Source: Jiangellales bacterium
Lineage (GTDB): Bacteria; Actinomycetota; Actinomycetes; Jiangellales; Jiangellaceae
Assembly: GCA_942491665.1 (NCBI GenBank)
Contig: CALOBR010000015.1
Span: 7,908 to 71,907, forward strand
Direction: 5' to 3'
DNA: 64,000 nucleotides
Numbering within the stretch: position 1 is the stretch's first letter; the number at the start of each line of letters is the position of its first letter. This document shows, in pieces, positions 1 through 10,180 of the stretch. Both the position numbers and the translations under genes were made by a program. The notes beneath the pieces were generated by a model. That model was not told the origin of the DNA. It did not search any database and worked only from the letters and a program-made list of their open reading frames with translations.

Positions 1-97
1 GCCCTGTCGAAGTCGGCCGACCAGGTGCAGGACGCCGTCGACTCCTGATCGGGCACCGCGTTCTTCGTGGGCGCCTGACGAGAAAGGGAGAGGTCAG

Positions 98-493
98 ATG
101 AACGAGCAACCGAGTGGTTGGGCCATCGGGTGGACGGCTTTCGCCGGAATCATGATGGTGATAGGCGGCATCTGGTGGGCGATCATCGGAATCGTCGCAC
201 TGGCGAACGACACGTTCTACGTCGTGGGTGAGGAGTACATCTTCCAGTTCGACGTCACGACCTGGGGCTGGATTCACCTGCTCCTGGGCATCGTGGCCGC
301 CTTGGCCGGTGTCTTCCTCTTCGGCGGCGCGGTGTGGGCACGCACCGTGGGCGTGATCGTCGCAGTGCTGTGGGCGCTGATCGCCTTCGCCTGGCTGCCG
401 TGGTACCCGGTGTGGGCGATCCTTCTCATCGCCGTATCGGTCTTCGTGATCTGGGCACTCACCGTGCACGGACGCGACATCGTCGAGGCCTAG
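98..493 (+). CDS. small polytopic membrane protein (DUF7144-like); paralog of 20273..20680
   Basis: 131-aa ORF with a GGGAGAGG RBS just upstream of the ATG and four hydrophobic helices. Alignable over full length with the 20273..20680 product (shared FDVTTWGW-HLLLG, FAWLPWYP-WAI, HGRDI). Confidence 0.75.
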   Translation: MNEQPSGWAIGWTAFAGIMMVIGGIWWAIIGIVALANDTFYVVGEEYIFQFDVTTWGWIHLLLGIVAALAGVFLFGGAVWARTVGVIVAVLWALIAFAWLPWYPVWAILLIAVSVFVIWALTVHGRDIVEA

Positions 494-598
494 CCGCAAA
501 GAGCGTGTGGTCGCGCCGCGAATGCTCCAGGGCGAGCGTGCGGCGTGATCACACTCACGAACGTTCGAACCCCAGCAGCACCGCAAGGAGAACCGGAC

Positions 599-2062
599 AT
601 GGATACGACAAGCATCTTCAGCCCCACGGGAGCACCACACTCCCAGCCGTTCAGCCCGGCCGCTGGGCAGGTCAAGACCCGGTTCGGTGATCTGGCGTTT
701 CTCCGCGGCTACCCGACCGACGACACGGTGCAGAAGGTCTACGACGAGCTCGATCTGCAGCGCGCCACCCAGCTCTACCTGGACATGTACCCGACCCTGT
801 CGATGCACGGCATGCTCACCGGGGTCGTACGCGACTACGGCGTCGCCACCTGTTCCGACATCTGTGTGACGGCGAACCGGCTCGACTCGAAGGCGCTCTT
901 CCTGACCGGCAACACCGAGAGCATCTACGTCTTCGTCGTGATCGACACGTTGGTCGACGGGCCGACCGTCGTGGAGGTTCCGCCGGGCGTGATGGGACCG
1001 TTCGACGATCACACCTTCAAGTTCGTGTTCGACATCGGCCCGACCGGCAAGGATGAGGGCAAGGGAGGGAAGTACCTCGTGCTACCTCCTGACTACGACG
1101 GCGACGTGCCGGACGGCTACTTCGTGTTCCGCTCACCCACCTACGTCAACTTCTCGTTCATGCGGGCCAACGCCGCCGAGGTCGGATTCGGCGACGAGGC
1201 GATGTCGTTCGTTCGTGAGAACTGCAAGGTCTATCCGCTCTCGACTGGTCCGCGGGAGGGGCGCTTCACGAACGTCTCCGGAGTTCCGAGCAACACGCTG
1301 GTTCCTGAGGATGGGTCGGCGTTCGAGTGGATGCATCAGGTCATCAGCTACGAACCGGCCGACGCCTTCGGCAGGGAGCTGCTCGGGAGGCTCGCGTCGC
1401 TCGGCATCGAGCGCGGCAAGCCGTTCAGCCCCGACGCACGGATGCGGAATATCTTCGACCAGGCTGCGGTGCAGGGTGTGGCCATGTCCCGCGTCATCGC
1501 CTTCAGCTGCCGCGACGATCAGGCTGTCGTCTACCCGGATCGGCGGTGGGAGAGCCCGTACGTCACCAACAACTCGACCTTCTACCAGGACGACTACATC
1601 AACCTGGAGGCCCGCACGGTCTTCCACTTCTGCGCCGACGGCATCACACCGGCGATGGCGGCCCAGATGCCCGAGGGCAAGGGGTCCCGCTACCAGACGA
1701 CCTACAAGGACAAGGACGGCAACTTCTTGGACGGCAACAAGACCTACAAGGTCAACGTGCCGGCCAAGGTCCCCGTTGCGAACTTCTGGGCGGTCACCGT
1801 CTACGACCCGTGGAGCCGTTGCGAGATCCAGAGCCAGCGCTACCCGAGCATCAGCAGCCAGCAGGACCCGCCACCGGCGACCAACCCGGACGGCTCGGTA
1901 GACATCTACTTCGCCACCGCCAAGCCTCACGGCGTCCCGGAGCAGAACTTCGTCAAGACGCTGCCCGATCAAGGCTTCTTCGTCTACTTCCGCTACTACG
2001 GCCCACTCAACGCCTTCAACGACCAGACGTGGGTGCCCAACGACGTGGAGCTCGTCGACTGA
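599..2062 (+). CDS. DUF1254/DUF1214 domain protein, paralog 1
   Basis: ATG at 599 sits 8 nt after AAGGAG. The track ORF starts earlier, at 545. Family-typical C-terminus (F-VYFRYYGP...W-P..VELV). Paralogous to 5258..6754 and 10181..11638. Confidence 0.8.
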   Translation: MDTTSIFSPTGAPHSQPFSPAAGQVKTRFGDLAFLRGYPTDDTVQKVYDELDLQRATQLYLDMYPTLSMHGMLTGVVRDYGVATCSDICVTANRLDSKALFLTGNTESIYVFVVIDTLVDGPTVVEVPPGVMGPFDDHTFKFVFDIGPTGKDEGKGGKYLVLPPDYDGDVPDGYFVFRSPTYVNFSFMRANAAEVGFGDEAMSFVRENCKVYPLSTGPREGRFTNVSGVPSNTLVPEDGSAFEWMHQVISYEPADAFGRELLGRLASLGIERGKPFSPDARMRNIFDQAAVQGVAMSRVIAFSCRDDQAVVYPDRRWESPYVTNNSTFYQDDYINLEARTVFHFCADGITPAMAAQMPEGKGSRYQTTYKDKDGNFLDGNKTYKVNVPAKVPVANFWAVTVYDPWSRCEIQSQRYPSISSQQDPPPATNPDGSVDIYFATAKPHGVPEQNFVKTLPDQGFFVYFRYYGPLNAFNDQTWVPNDVELVD

Positions 2063-2063
2063 G

Positions 2064-3797
2064 GTGAGTGCTGTGGCGGACGCCTCCGGCGGTCTCGGGA
2101 GCCGGCTAGGCAAGCGATTCCCCCTCAGGCATCTCCGTAGAGACCTCCCCGCTGGTGTCGTGCTCGGTGTCGAGAGCGTTCCCGACGGTCTTGCCGGCGG
2201 CCTGCTCGCCGGCGTCAACCCCGTCTACGGCCTCTACGGCTACCTGTTCGGCACCCTGTTCGGCGCCGTGGCAACCAGCTCTGCGTTCATGGCTGTGCAA
2301 GCCACCGGCGCGATGGCGGTGGTCGTCTCCGATGTGGAGCAGGTGCGGGGTGACTCCCCGGAGGCGGTGACGGCGCTGTTCACGCTGTCGGTGATGGCCG
2401 GGGTGGTGATGCTGGCGCTCGGCCTGGCTCGGATGGGATGGATCGTGCGGTGGGTCCCGAACGCGGTGCTGACCGGGTTCATCAATGCTGTCGCGGTCAA
2501 CATCGTGCTGGGTCAGCTGGACAACCTCACCGGCTACACCGCTGAGGGGGCGAACCGGGTCGCCCGCGCGGTGGACACCGCACTGAACGCGCCGGAGTTC
2601 GTGTGGCCGGCGGTGCTGGTCGGCACGGTCACGATCGCGCTGATCGTGGCCTTGGAGCGCACCCGGCTGGGGGCGTTGGGCATGGTGGTGGCCATTGTGG
2701 CCGGCTCGGTTCTGGTGGTGGTGGGTGACATGGATCAGGTGGCCCAGCTGCGTGACATCACTGAGGTGCCGCGTGGGCTGCCGGTCCCGCAGCTGCCGAG
2801 CTTGGCCCTGGTCGGGTCGTTGCTGATCCCGGCGCTCTCACTGGCCTTCGTCGGGCTCGTCCAGGGTGCGGCCATCAGCTCGTCGGTGCCCAACCCGGAC
2901 GGGGAGTACCCGGATGCCTCCGGCGACTTCCGCGGCCAGGGCATCGCCAACATCGGCGCCGGGATCTTCCAGGGCATGCCGGTCGGCGGGTCGATGTCGG
3001 CCACCTCCATCGTCACCGCCGCGGGTGCGCGCAGCCGCCTGGCCCTGCTGGTCGCCGCTGCCACCATGATCGTCACGATCTTGCTGTTCGCCGACCTCGT
3101 CGGCTACATCGCCATGCCCGCGCTCGCCGGGCTGCTGATCGTGGTCGGGGTCAAGACGTTCAAACCCGACAACGTCCGGCTGGTGCTGCGCACCGGGCCG
3201 GTGCAGGCCACCGTCATGCTCACCACGTTCGTGCTCACCATGATCATCCCGCTGCAGTACGCCGTGCTGATCGGGGTCGGCCTGTCAATCATCTTGTACG
3301 TGGCCCGCCAGTCCAACCGCATCCAGGTCAAGCAGTGGGTCTTCAGCCCCGACGGCACCATCACCGAGCAGGACCCGCCCGCAGAGCTGCCTCCCGACGA
3401 GACGGTTGTGCTGCGCCCCTACGGCAGCCTGTTCTTCGCCGCCGCCGCAGCGTTCGAGACGGCCCTACCCACCGTCACCGACCACTCGCGACACACCGTG
3501 GTCATCATCACCCTGCGCGGGAAAGAAGACCTCGGCAGCACCTTCATCAACGTCGTCACCCGCTACGCCGAACGCCTGCACGACGTCGACAGCACCCTCA
3601 TGCTCGCCGGCGTCTCCGACCGGGTCGCCGACCAGCTGGACAGCACTAGAGCCAGCAGCACCATCGGACCCGACAACATCCACCGCGCCACCCCAGCCGT
3701 CACCGAGTCCACCCGGCGCGCCATGGCGCAAGCGCGACGTGGGGCCGACCGACCGGACGAGGCGCCGTCCACCACACCTGACGAGGAGAACGGGTGA
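2064..3797 (+). CDS. SulP-family anion transporter with C-terminal STAS domain, copy 1
   Basis: 577 aa with many TM segments and a SulP-like N-terminus (DL-AG--LG---VPDGLA). STAS-like tail. GTG start 2 nt after the upstream stop suggests an operon. Confidence 0.85.
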   Translation: MSAVADASGGLGSRLGKRFPLRHLRRDLPAGVVLGVESVPDGLAGGLLAGVNPVYGLYGYLFGTLFGAVATSSAFMAVQATGAMAVVVSDVEQVRGDSPEAVTALFTLSVMAGVVMLALGLARMGWIVRWVPNAVLTGFINAVAVNIVLGQLDNLTGYTAEGANRVARAVDTALNAPEFVWPAVLVGTVTIALIVALERTRLGALGMVVAIVAGSVLVVVGDMDQVAQLRDITEVPRGLPVPQLPSLALVGSLLIPALSLAFVGLVQGAAISSSVPNPDGEYPDASGDFRGQGIANIGAGIFQGMPVGGSMSATSIVTAAGARSRLALLVAAATMIVTILLFADLVGYIAMPALAGLLIVVGVKTFKPDNVRLVLRTGPVQATVMLTTFVLTMIIPLQYAVLIGVGLSIILYVARQSNRIQVKQWVFSPDGTITEQDPPAELPPDETVVLRPYGSLFFAAAAAFETALPTVTDHSRHTVVIITLRGKEDLGSTFINVVTRYAERLHDVDSTLMLAGVSDRVADQLDSTRASSTIGPDNIHRATPAVTESTRRAMAQARRGADRPDEAPSTTPDEENG

Positions 3798-3848
3798 CCT
3801 TCGGCGTGCTAGGCGCGCCGATCAGTTCGGGGCCGAGCCTCGCCGCGA

Positions 3849-5075
3849 TCAGAGGCCCGCGTTCGCTGCGTCGCGGTCCAACAACGCTCGCTGGTGGCGA
3901 ATGGCGTCGTGACGCCAGGGCTGCGTGAGGTTCGTCAGTCCGTCCAGCATCCGCCGCATCGCGGACACCACGCTGGGTGAGTCGTGGCCGTAGACGCGGA
4001 TCTCCGTGACGGCAAGAGCGAGAAAGTCTTCCCACGTAGGGGTGGGATAGATGAATCGCAGGCGGCCGTCTTCGGTGTGAAATGCCCCATCAGGGAGCCG
4101 TCGCGAACCAACGAACGCCAGCATGTCTCCGATGCGACCGATCGCATCCACGGCTGTCGTCGGATCGTTCACAGCAGGTGACAGGGCGCGGATGGCGATG
4201 TCCACCAGGACCCGGAAGGCGAAACCAGGGTCTTGGCGGAACGTCCGCTCATCGCCCAATGCCACCCAGTCCAACAGCCGCTCCGCCTCCTCGGGGTCGA
4301 CATCTCCGTACAGTCGGAACACTGGAGCGAACGAAGGCACGAACTCGCCGACGGGCGACACCATCTCGACCGTCACGTCCAGCTGCTCTGCCGCGGAGAC
4401 GACACCCTCCGCGTGCATGGCCTGGATGACGCCTCCCCCGTACCGTGGGTTGACCACCACGAAGGTGGCGGTCTCCGCTGCTATCGGCTCCGACGAAACG
4501 CCCGACGGCAGGCGCGTGGGCTCCGGATAGGTCGCGTCGATCACCTGACGTCCGAGTCGGGCCACGTCGGTGACGACCCTGCCTGATCGGACGGTCGCCG
4601 TCACCCTCGCGAGGATCTCGAGGAAGAGCAGGGTCGAGACCCCGACCAGGAGCACGGCAAGGAGAACTGAGCGCTGGGGAACGTAGACGGTGTCACCGGG
4701 GGCGACGTCCGCCAGGACGAGCAGCGAGTAGACGAAGGTTGCGATGAAGATGCCCAGAGAGACCTTGGTCCTGACGTCGGTTGCCACCGTTCGCAGGAGG
4801 CGAAGCGAGTAGGTCGAAGCCCCGAACTGAAGGGCGAAGGTCACGATCGAGAACACGAAGCCCGTGAACACAAGCATGCCGGACGAGATCGCCGACAGCG
4901 TCGACTGAGCGGAGCTGGCGCTGTAGGTGAACGGAGGGGCGCCCGGGACCTGTCGATCGACCCACGGCATCAACACGGCTAGGCCGATCGCGAGGACGAT
5001 GAAGGCCAGCGGAATCGCCAACATGCTTGAGGCCAACCGCGTGCGCACGCTGAACCGTTGGGCCCACGTCAGCAT
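3849..5075 (-). CDS. DUF2254-family membrane protein
   Basis: ATG at 5075 (MLTWAQRF...). N-terminal TM helices followed by a soluble domain. QFGASTYSLRLL resembles the DUF2254 Q-SPR-L motif. The track ORF extends 57 codons further upstream, which is unlikely. Confidence 0.7.
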   Translation of the reverse strand: MLTWAQRFSVRTRLASSMLAIPLAFIVLAIGLAVLMPWVDRQVPGAPPFTYSASSAQSTLSAISSGMLVFTGFVFSIVTFALQFGASTYSLRLLRTVATDVRTKVSLGIFIATFVYSLLVLADVAPGDTVYVPQRSVLLAVLLVGVSTLLFLEILARVTATVRSGRVVTDVARLGRQVIDATYPEPTRLPSGVSSEPIAAETATFVVVNPRYGGGVIQAMHAEGVVSAAEQLDVTVEMVSPVGEFVPSFAPVFRLYGDVDPEEAERLLDWVALGDERTFRQDPGFAFRVLVDIAIRALSPAVNDPTTAVDAIGRIGDMLAFVGSRRLPDGAFHTEDGRLRFIYPTPTWEDFLALAVTEIRVYGHDSPSVVSAMRRMLDGLTNLTQPWRHDAIRHQRALLDRDAANAGL

Positions 5076-5179
5076 GATGGACACCTCCCCGCCCACGCTG
5101 ACGACGCCAACCCTCGCTGTGTCGACAGATCCCTGCGCTCCACGGTTGACAGACTCACCACGGCTGAGCCACCGAGCAT

Positions 5180-5194
5180 CACCCGGTTCGGGTG
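5180..5194 (+). promoter_or_regulatory. YACCC-N5-GGGTG palindrome, site a (CACCCGGTTCGGGTG)
   Basis: Lies in the divergent intergenic region between 3849..5075(-) and 5258..6754(+), 64 nt upstream of ATG 5258. Confidence 0.4.
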
Positions 5195-5257
5195 GTGTGC
5201 TTGGCAGGTCTGAGCGCCAGTGTCGGTGACAACGGTTGTTCGGCAAAGGAGCCCAGG

Positions 5258-6754
5258 ATGAGCAAGCCCACGATGATCACCCAGCAGCCGGTGATGACGA
5301 TGACGACCCCGATCCCGCAGAACCGCACCACACCGGACTCGGTCGAGACGTCGATCGGAACGCTCGAGTTCTTCGACGGCGTCCCCATCGGCGACACCAA
5401 GGACAGACTGGTCGATTTCGTCGCACGCGGTCGAGCCGTCGAGGCCTTCCTCAACATGACCCCAGCGGCATCGATGTACTCGCTTCGACAAGGCCATCGG
5501 GACCTGGGGCTGACCGAGTGCAACCAGATCCTGATCGCCGAACAGCTCGGCGACTCCAAGCCGCTCGTCCTCACCTGGAACAACACGTCGCTGTACACGT
5601 GGGGCTTCCTCGACCTCGAGAAGGACGGCCCGACGGTCATCGAGATCCCGCCCGACGTGCTGGGCATTCTCGACGACATGTACTTCCGCTACATCAGCGA
5701 CATGGGAGCCGCCGGCCCCGATCACGGCAGGGGCGGCAAGTACCTGGTACTCCCGCCCGACCACGACGGCGACGTGCCGGAGGGGTACTACGTGGTCAGA
5801 TCGCGGACGTACTGCGTCTGGAACTTCATGCGTGGGTACGTGCGGGGCAACGTCCACGACCCCGCGAACGTCAAGAAGGCAGCGGACAACATCAAGCGGA
5901 ACCTCAAGGTATACCCGCTGTCGGAGAAGGCCGATCCACCTGCGATGCAGTTCACGAACATGTCGGGCCTGGCGGGCTACAACACGATCATGCCCAATGA
6001 CGTCAGCTTCTTCGACGTCGTCGACCAGATCGTGCAGGAGGAGGCCGATGGCTGGCTCGACCCTGAGCTGGCGGGACAGCTTCGCGCGATCGGGATCATG
6101 AAGGGCCAGAAGTTCGACCCCGACGAACGGATGACGAGGATCCTCACCGAAGCGGTGGCGATCGGCAACGGGTACGCACGCGTCAACACGGTGTATCCGC
6201 AGGACGAGGGGTCATACGTCTACCACGACGTGCACACCGAGTGGGTCATGGCGTACCCCGACAAAGACACGACGTTCTTGCAGCAAGGCGCCCGCCGCAT
6301 GGATGGCCGCCTCTGGATGCACTACAACGCGGTGTGCGTGACACCGGCGATGGCCGTGACGAAGCCGGGCGTCGGGTCGGACTACATGATCACAGGCCTC
6401 GACGCCGAGGGTCGACCGCTGGACGGGGCGAAGACCTACAAGCTCCACCTGCCACCGAACGTTCCGGTCAAGGACAACTGGTCGGTGACCATCTACGACC
6501 CGCAGACCCGGAGCATGCTGCAGACCGACCAGACGTTCGCCGGAATCAACAGCTTGAGCGCCGATCAGAGGCAGAACGACGACGGTTCCATCGATGTCGT
6601 TCTTGGTCCTGAACCGCCGGCTGGCATGGAGAAGAACTGGATCCAGACGATCCCCGGCAAGAGCTGGTTCATACTCCTGCGCGCCTACGGGCCACTGGAG
6701 CCCTGGATCGACAAGACCTGGCGGCCGCGCGAGCTCGAGGAGGTGGAGGGGTGA
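5258..6754 (+). CDS. DUF1254/DUF1214 domain protein, paralog 2
   Basis: ATG 5258 follows AAAGGAG. The N-terminus (TTPIPQNRTTPDSVETSIGTLEFFDGVP) is nearly the same as in the 10181..11638 product. Confidence 0.85.
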   Translation: MSKPTMITQQPVMTMTTPIPQNRTTPDSVETSIGTLEFFDGVPIGDTKDRLVDFVARGRAVEAFLNMTPAASMYSLRQGHRDLGLTECNQILIAEQLGDSKPLVLTWNNTSLYTWGFLDLEKDGPTVIEIPPDVLGILDDMYFRYISDMGAAGPDHGRGGKYLVLPPDHDGDVPEGYYVVRSRTYCVWNFMRGYVRGNVHDPANVKKAADNIKRNLKVYPLSEKADPPAMQFTNMSGLAGYNTIMPNDVSFFDVVDQIVQEEADGWLDPELAGQLRAIGIMKGQKFDPDERMTRILTEAVAIGNGYARVNTVYPQDEGSYVYHDVHTEWVMAYPDKDTTFLQQGARRMDGRLWMHYNAVCVTPAMAVTKPGVGSDYMITGLDAEGRPLDGAKTYKLHLPPNVPVKDNWSVTIYDPQTRSMLQTDQTFAGINSLSADQRQNDDGSIDVVLGPEPPAGMEKNWIQTIPGKSWFILLRAYGPLEPWIDKTWRPRELEEVEG

Positions 6755-6849
6755 GCTGAGGAACCGCCTGAGTGGACCGGTTCACAGGGTCCCATCAGAT
6801 GGACGTGCACGTCACGGAAGAAGGTTCAGTCGGTCGAGAAGGGGACATC

Positions 6850-7620
6850 ATGAGTAGTGATACCGCAGATCAGGGAGTTGCGGGCGTCGGCATGCTCCTC
6901 GCGAACTACACCAGCAAGGAAGGCGCGGCATCGACCTACGAGAGCCTGAAGCGCGCTATGGATGCCGGCCAGTTCTACTACGAGGACGCCGCTGTTGTGA
7001 GCCGCGATGTCGATGGCACGGTGAGCATCACCGAACACGGCGACATGAGCACGGGCAAGGGCGCTGGGATCGGCGCACTGATCGGCGGCGTGATCGGAAT
7101 CCTGGGTGGCCCAGCCGGCATCGCGATCGGTGCCGGCGCAGGCGCCGCGATCGGCGGGGTCGCTGCACATTCCGATGCCGGCTTCAACAACGAGACGCTG
7201 GAAAGGATCGGCGGCGCGCTGCCCAACAACACGTCGGCGCTGGCGGTCACAACCAGCAAGGACTTCGTTGAAGCGGTGCGCAGCCAATCCACTGATGATG
7301 AAACGGTCATGATGGCTCAGGACATCGCCGATGTGATCACCAGCAACCTGAACGCCGGCCAGGACGTGTTGCTGGCACTAGTGCTGACCGAGAACGGGGT
7401 GGCTGCCACCAGAGTGGCTGCCAGCGACGATGCGGTTGGCGTATTCGGAATGGTGGCAACCGACGAGGGCGCAGCCGCTCGCGCAGTGGTTGCGACCGAT
7501 GAGGGCGTAGCTGCGGCCGAAGCGGCAGCAACCGCCGCCGCGGACGACTCGACATCACCCCCCGCGGCCGACGACTCGGCATCCAGTGGAGACTCCGAGA
7601 GCAGGGACGGCCAGGCCTGA
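6850..7620 (+). CDS. DUF1269-like glycine-zipper membrane protein, paralog 1
   Basis: ATG 6850 follows GAAGGGGA. Soluble N-domain, then a Gly/Ala-zipper TM stretch (GAGIGALIGGVIGILGGPAGIAIGAGAGAAIGG). Same architecture as 24876..25409 and 34942..35463. Confidence 0.65.
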   Translation: MSSDTADQGVAGVGMLLANYTSKEGAASTYESLKRAMDAGQFYYEDAAVVSRDVDGTVSITEHGDMSTGKGAGIGALIGGVIGILGGPAGIAIGAGAGAAIGGVAAHSDAGFNNETLERIGGALPNNTSALAVTTSKDFVEAVRSQSTDDETVMMAQDIADVITSNLNAGQDVLLALVLTENGVAATRVAASDDAVGVFGMVATDEGAAARAVVATDEGVAAAEAAATAAADDSTSPPAADDSASSGDSESRDGQA

Positions 7621-7889
7621 GGAGCTGAGCTGGGCGACCTGCGCGCTCGGAACGCGGTACGGACACCGTTTCGACCGACCACACGACGCGCGCAGGTCGC
7701 CAGATCGAGGACTACCAGATCAGCCCCAAGCCCAGCGCTGCACGATGCGGCCGAGGTTCAGGGACCCACCCAACTGACGAGGGGGTCCGATGGACGTCCT
7801 GAGCACCGTTGTGAGTATGTCCGGCCTCGTCTTCGTCCTTGCCCTCCTCGTGAACATCGTCGCCGTTCCGGCGGTGGCGTGGGGGTCTG

Positions 7890-9125
7890 ATGAGGGTGAT
7901 CACTATGGAGGATTGGGCGGAGATCCGCCGGTTGCACCAGTCGGAGCGGTTGTCGGGGCAGGCGATCGCCAAGCAGTTGGGGATCTCGAGGAACACGGTC
8001 GCGGCGGCGTTGGCCTCGTCAGGGCCGCCGGAGTACGAGCGTGCCGCGGTCGGGTCGGTGATCGACAGCTTGGAGCCGGAGATCCGGCGATTGTTGGAGG
8101 CGACGCCCTCGATGCCGGCGACGGTGATCGCTGAGCGGGTGGGCTGGGACCGGGGCATGAGCGTGTTCACCGCGCGGGTGCGCGAGTTGCGCCCGTTCTA
8201 CTTGCCGCCGGACCCGCCCTCGCGCACGACCTATCTGCCGGGTGAGCGGATGCAGTGCGACTTGTGGTTCCCGCCGGCGGACATCCCGCTGGGCCATGGG
8301 CAGGTCGATTCCCCGCCGGTGCTGGTGCTGACCGCGGGGTACTCGCGGGTGCTCGACGCGGTGATGATCCCGACCCGGACCGCGGAGGATCTGATCGCCG
8401 GGCACTGGCTGCTGCTCAACCGGTTCGGGGTGGTCCCTCGGGAGCTGGTCTGGGACCAGGAGGACGCGGTCGGGGCCTGGCGCCGGGGCAAGCCGGTCCT
8501 CACGCAGGAGTTCGAGGCGTTCCGCGGAATGCTGGGCACCTCGGTGCGGTCGTGTCGGGCGCGCCGCCCGCAGGCCAAGGGCCTGGTCGAGCGGAACAAC
8601 GGTTGCTACGAGACGTCGTTCCTACCCGGGCGGGTGTTCACCTCCCCGGCGGACTTCAACACCCAGATCAGCGCGTGGATCGAGTCCCGGGCCGACGTGC
8701 GTCACCATCGGGTGTTGGGCTGCCAGCCGATCACCCGGTGGGCGACCGACAAGGCCGCGATGCTGCCGCTGCCTCCGGTCGCCCCGGCGCTGGGTTGGCG
8801 GCACTCGGTGCGCATGCCCCGGGACCACTACGTGCGCATCGATGCCAACGACTACTCGGTCGACCCGCGGGTGATCGGCCGATGGGTCGAGGTGATCGCC
8901 GACCTGGACCGGGTTGCGGTGACCTGCGCCGGGCAGTCGGTCGTCGACCACCCACGCTGCTGGGCCGCGCACCAGAGCATCACCGATCCCGCCCATGCCG
9001 CCGCCGCGGTCGCGTTGCGGGCGGCGGGTCGCCAGGCCCGGCCGCTGGAGGATCCGCATCAGGTCGAGGTCCGTGACCTCAGCTCCTATGACCAGGTGTT
9101 CGGCCTGGACGGGGAGGTGGCCTGA
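7890..9125 (+). CDS. istA: IS21-family transposase IstA
   Basis: 411 aa with an N-terminal HTH (EDWAEIRRLH-...SGQAIAKQLGISRNTV) and a DDE-type core typical of IstA. Its stop overlaps the istB start (ATGA-type junction). Confidence 0.9.
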   Translation: MRVITMEDWAEIRRLHQSERLSGQAIAKQLGISRNTVAAALASSGPPEYERAAVGSVIDSLEPEIRRLLEATPSMPATVIAERVGWDRGMSVFTARVRELRPFYLPPDPPSRTTYLPGERMQCDLWFPPADIPLGHGQVDSPPVLVLTAGYSRVLDAVMIPTRTAEDLIAGHWLLLNRFGVVPRELVWDQEDAVGAWRRGKPVLTQEFEAFRGMLGTSVRSCRARRPQAKGLVERNNGCYETSFLPGRVFTSPADFNTQISAWIESRADVRHHRVLGCQPITRWATDKAAMLPLPPVAPALGWRHSVRMPRDHYVRIDANDYSVDPRVIGRWVEVIADLDRVAVTCAGQSVVDHPRCWAAHQSITDPAHAAAAVALRAAGRQARPLEDPHQVEVRDLSSYDQVFGLDGEVA

Positions 9126-9947
9126 TGCCCACCTCCAGGAACACCCGAGACTTCGGTGCCGAGATCGCCTACCTGACCCGCGCGTTGAAGGCCCCCACCC
9201 TGCGCGAGTCGGTGGACCGCCTCGTCGAGCGGGCCACCGCGGAGTCGTGGTCGTATCCAGAGTTCCTGGCCGCCTGCCTGCAGCGCGAGGTCTCCGCGCG
9301 GGAGTCCCACGGCGGCGAGGGTCGGATCCGCGCGGCCCGGTTCCCTGCCCGCAAGAGCCTCGAGGAGTTCGACGACGACCACGCCCGCGGACTCAAGCGG
9401 GAGTCGATCGCCCACCTGGGCACCCTGGACTTCGTCACCGCGAAGGACAACATCGTGTTCCTCGGCCCGCCCGGGACCGGGGAAGACGCACCTGGCCACC
9501 GGGTTGGCGATCCGGGCCTGCCAGCCCGGACACCGGGTGCTGTTCAACACCGCAGCCCAATGGGTCACCCTGCTCGCCGACGCCCACCACGACGGACGGC
9601 TGCAAGCCGAGCTCACCCGGCTGGGTCGCTACCCCGCTGATCGTCGTCGACCTATGCGGATATCGGCATAGGTTGATGAGGTCGGCTACATCCCGTTCGA
9701 ACCCGAGGCCGCGAACCTGTCCTTCCAATTCGTCTCATCCCGCTACGAACGGGCCTCCCTGATCGTCACGAGCAACAAGCCGTTCGGGATCGCTGGGGCG
9801 AGGTATTCGGCGACGACGTCGTGGCCGCAGCCATGATCGACCGGCTTGTCCACCACGCCGAAGTCATCGCCCTCAAAGGCGACAGCTACCGACTCCGCAA
9901 CCGAGACCTCGGCGGCCGACCACCAGCCGCCACCACTGACCAAGACT
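9125..9947 (+). pseudogene. istB: IS21 helper ATPase IstB, disrupted by several indels
   Basis: The Walker A motif reads GPPGTGEDAPG instead of GPPGTGKTHLA because of an extra G near 9480. Further 1-2 nt indels lie near 9630 and 9790, and a 26-nt insertion at about 9652-9677 splits VVD|EVGYIPF. The C-terminus (MIDRLVHHAEVIALKGDSYRL) survives in another frame. Confidence 0.8.
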
Positions 9948-10131
9948 GACCAACAACAACCGAGGCAGGTGGCTCAGTCTTCGACCGCATGAAGTGGCTC
10001 AAATTTCAGCCGCAGTTGACACAGGCGTCGATTCCTAGAGCCATGGATGCCGGCGGGTCATCACCCAAGACGGGTACGAACGATCGTTTCGAAGATGAGT
10101 TGCACCTCGACCGCAGCCTGTGTGACAGATC

Positions 10132-10164
10132 GAGAGGGGCCGCCTCGTCGAGGCGGCCCCTCTC
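10132..10164 (-). terminator. perfect 13-bp stem hairpin downstream of 10181..11638
   Basis: GAGAGGGGCCGCC-tcgtcga-GGCGGCCCCTCTC, 17 nt beyond the TAA stop on the minus strand. There is no clear U-tract. Confidence 0.6.
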
Positions 10165-10180
10165 GTCGACGCGATCGTGA

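Larger units (their letters stand above)
7766..10023 (+). mobile_element. IS21-family insertion sequence with istA intact and istB decayed; ends approximate
   Basis: istA and istB gene order. The right end carries two direct GTGGCTCA repeats (about 9970 and 9993) and ends ...CAGTTGACACA. The left end has CAACTG plus CTGAGCACC as an imperfect inverted counterpart. The target duplication was not resolved. Confidence 0.65.

Noticed and set aside
1-48. The 3' end of an upstream gene (...ALSKSADQVQDAVDS*) entering the window.
   Set aside because: Only 15 codons are visible. That is too little to call a product or even to be sure it is coding.
1133-2218. Long antisense or off-frame ORFs throughout the window, for example 1133..2218(-), 12932..14392(-), 26451..27410(-), 28274..29425(-), 40653..42743(+), 17281..18150(-) and 62370..63785(-).
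   Set aside because: They overlap well-supported genes on the other strand or frame, have Arg/Pro/Gly/Ala-rich low-complexity translations, and lack RBSs. These are the shadow ORFs typical of very GC-rich DNA.
10024-10035. GGCGTCGATTCC immediately outside the IS21 right end, a 12-nt identity with the right arm of repeat R4.
   Set aside because: There is no left arm or further similarity. It is plausibly a chance match in GC-rich sequence.
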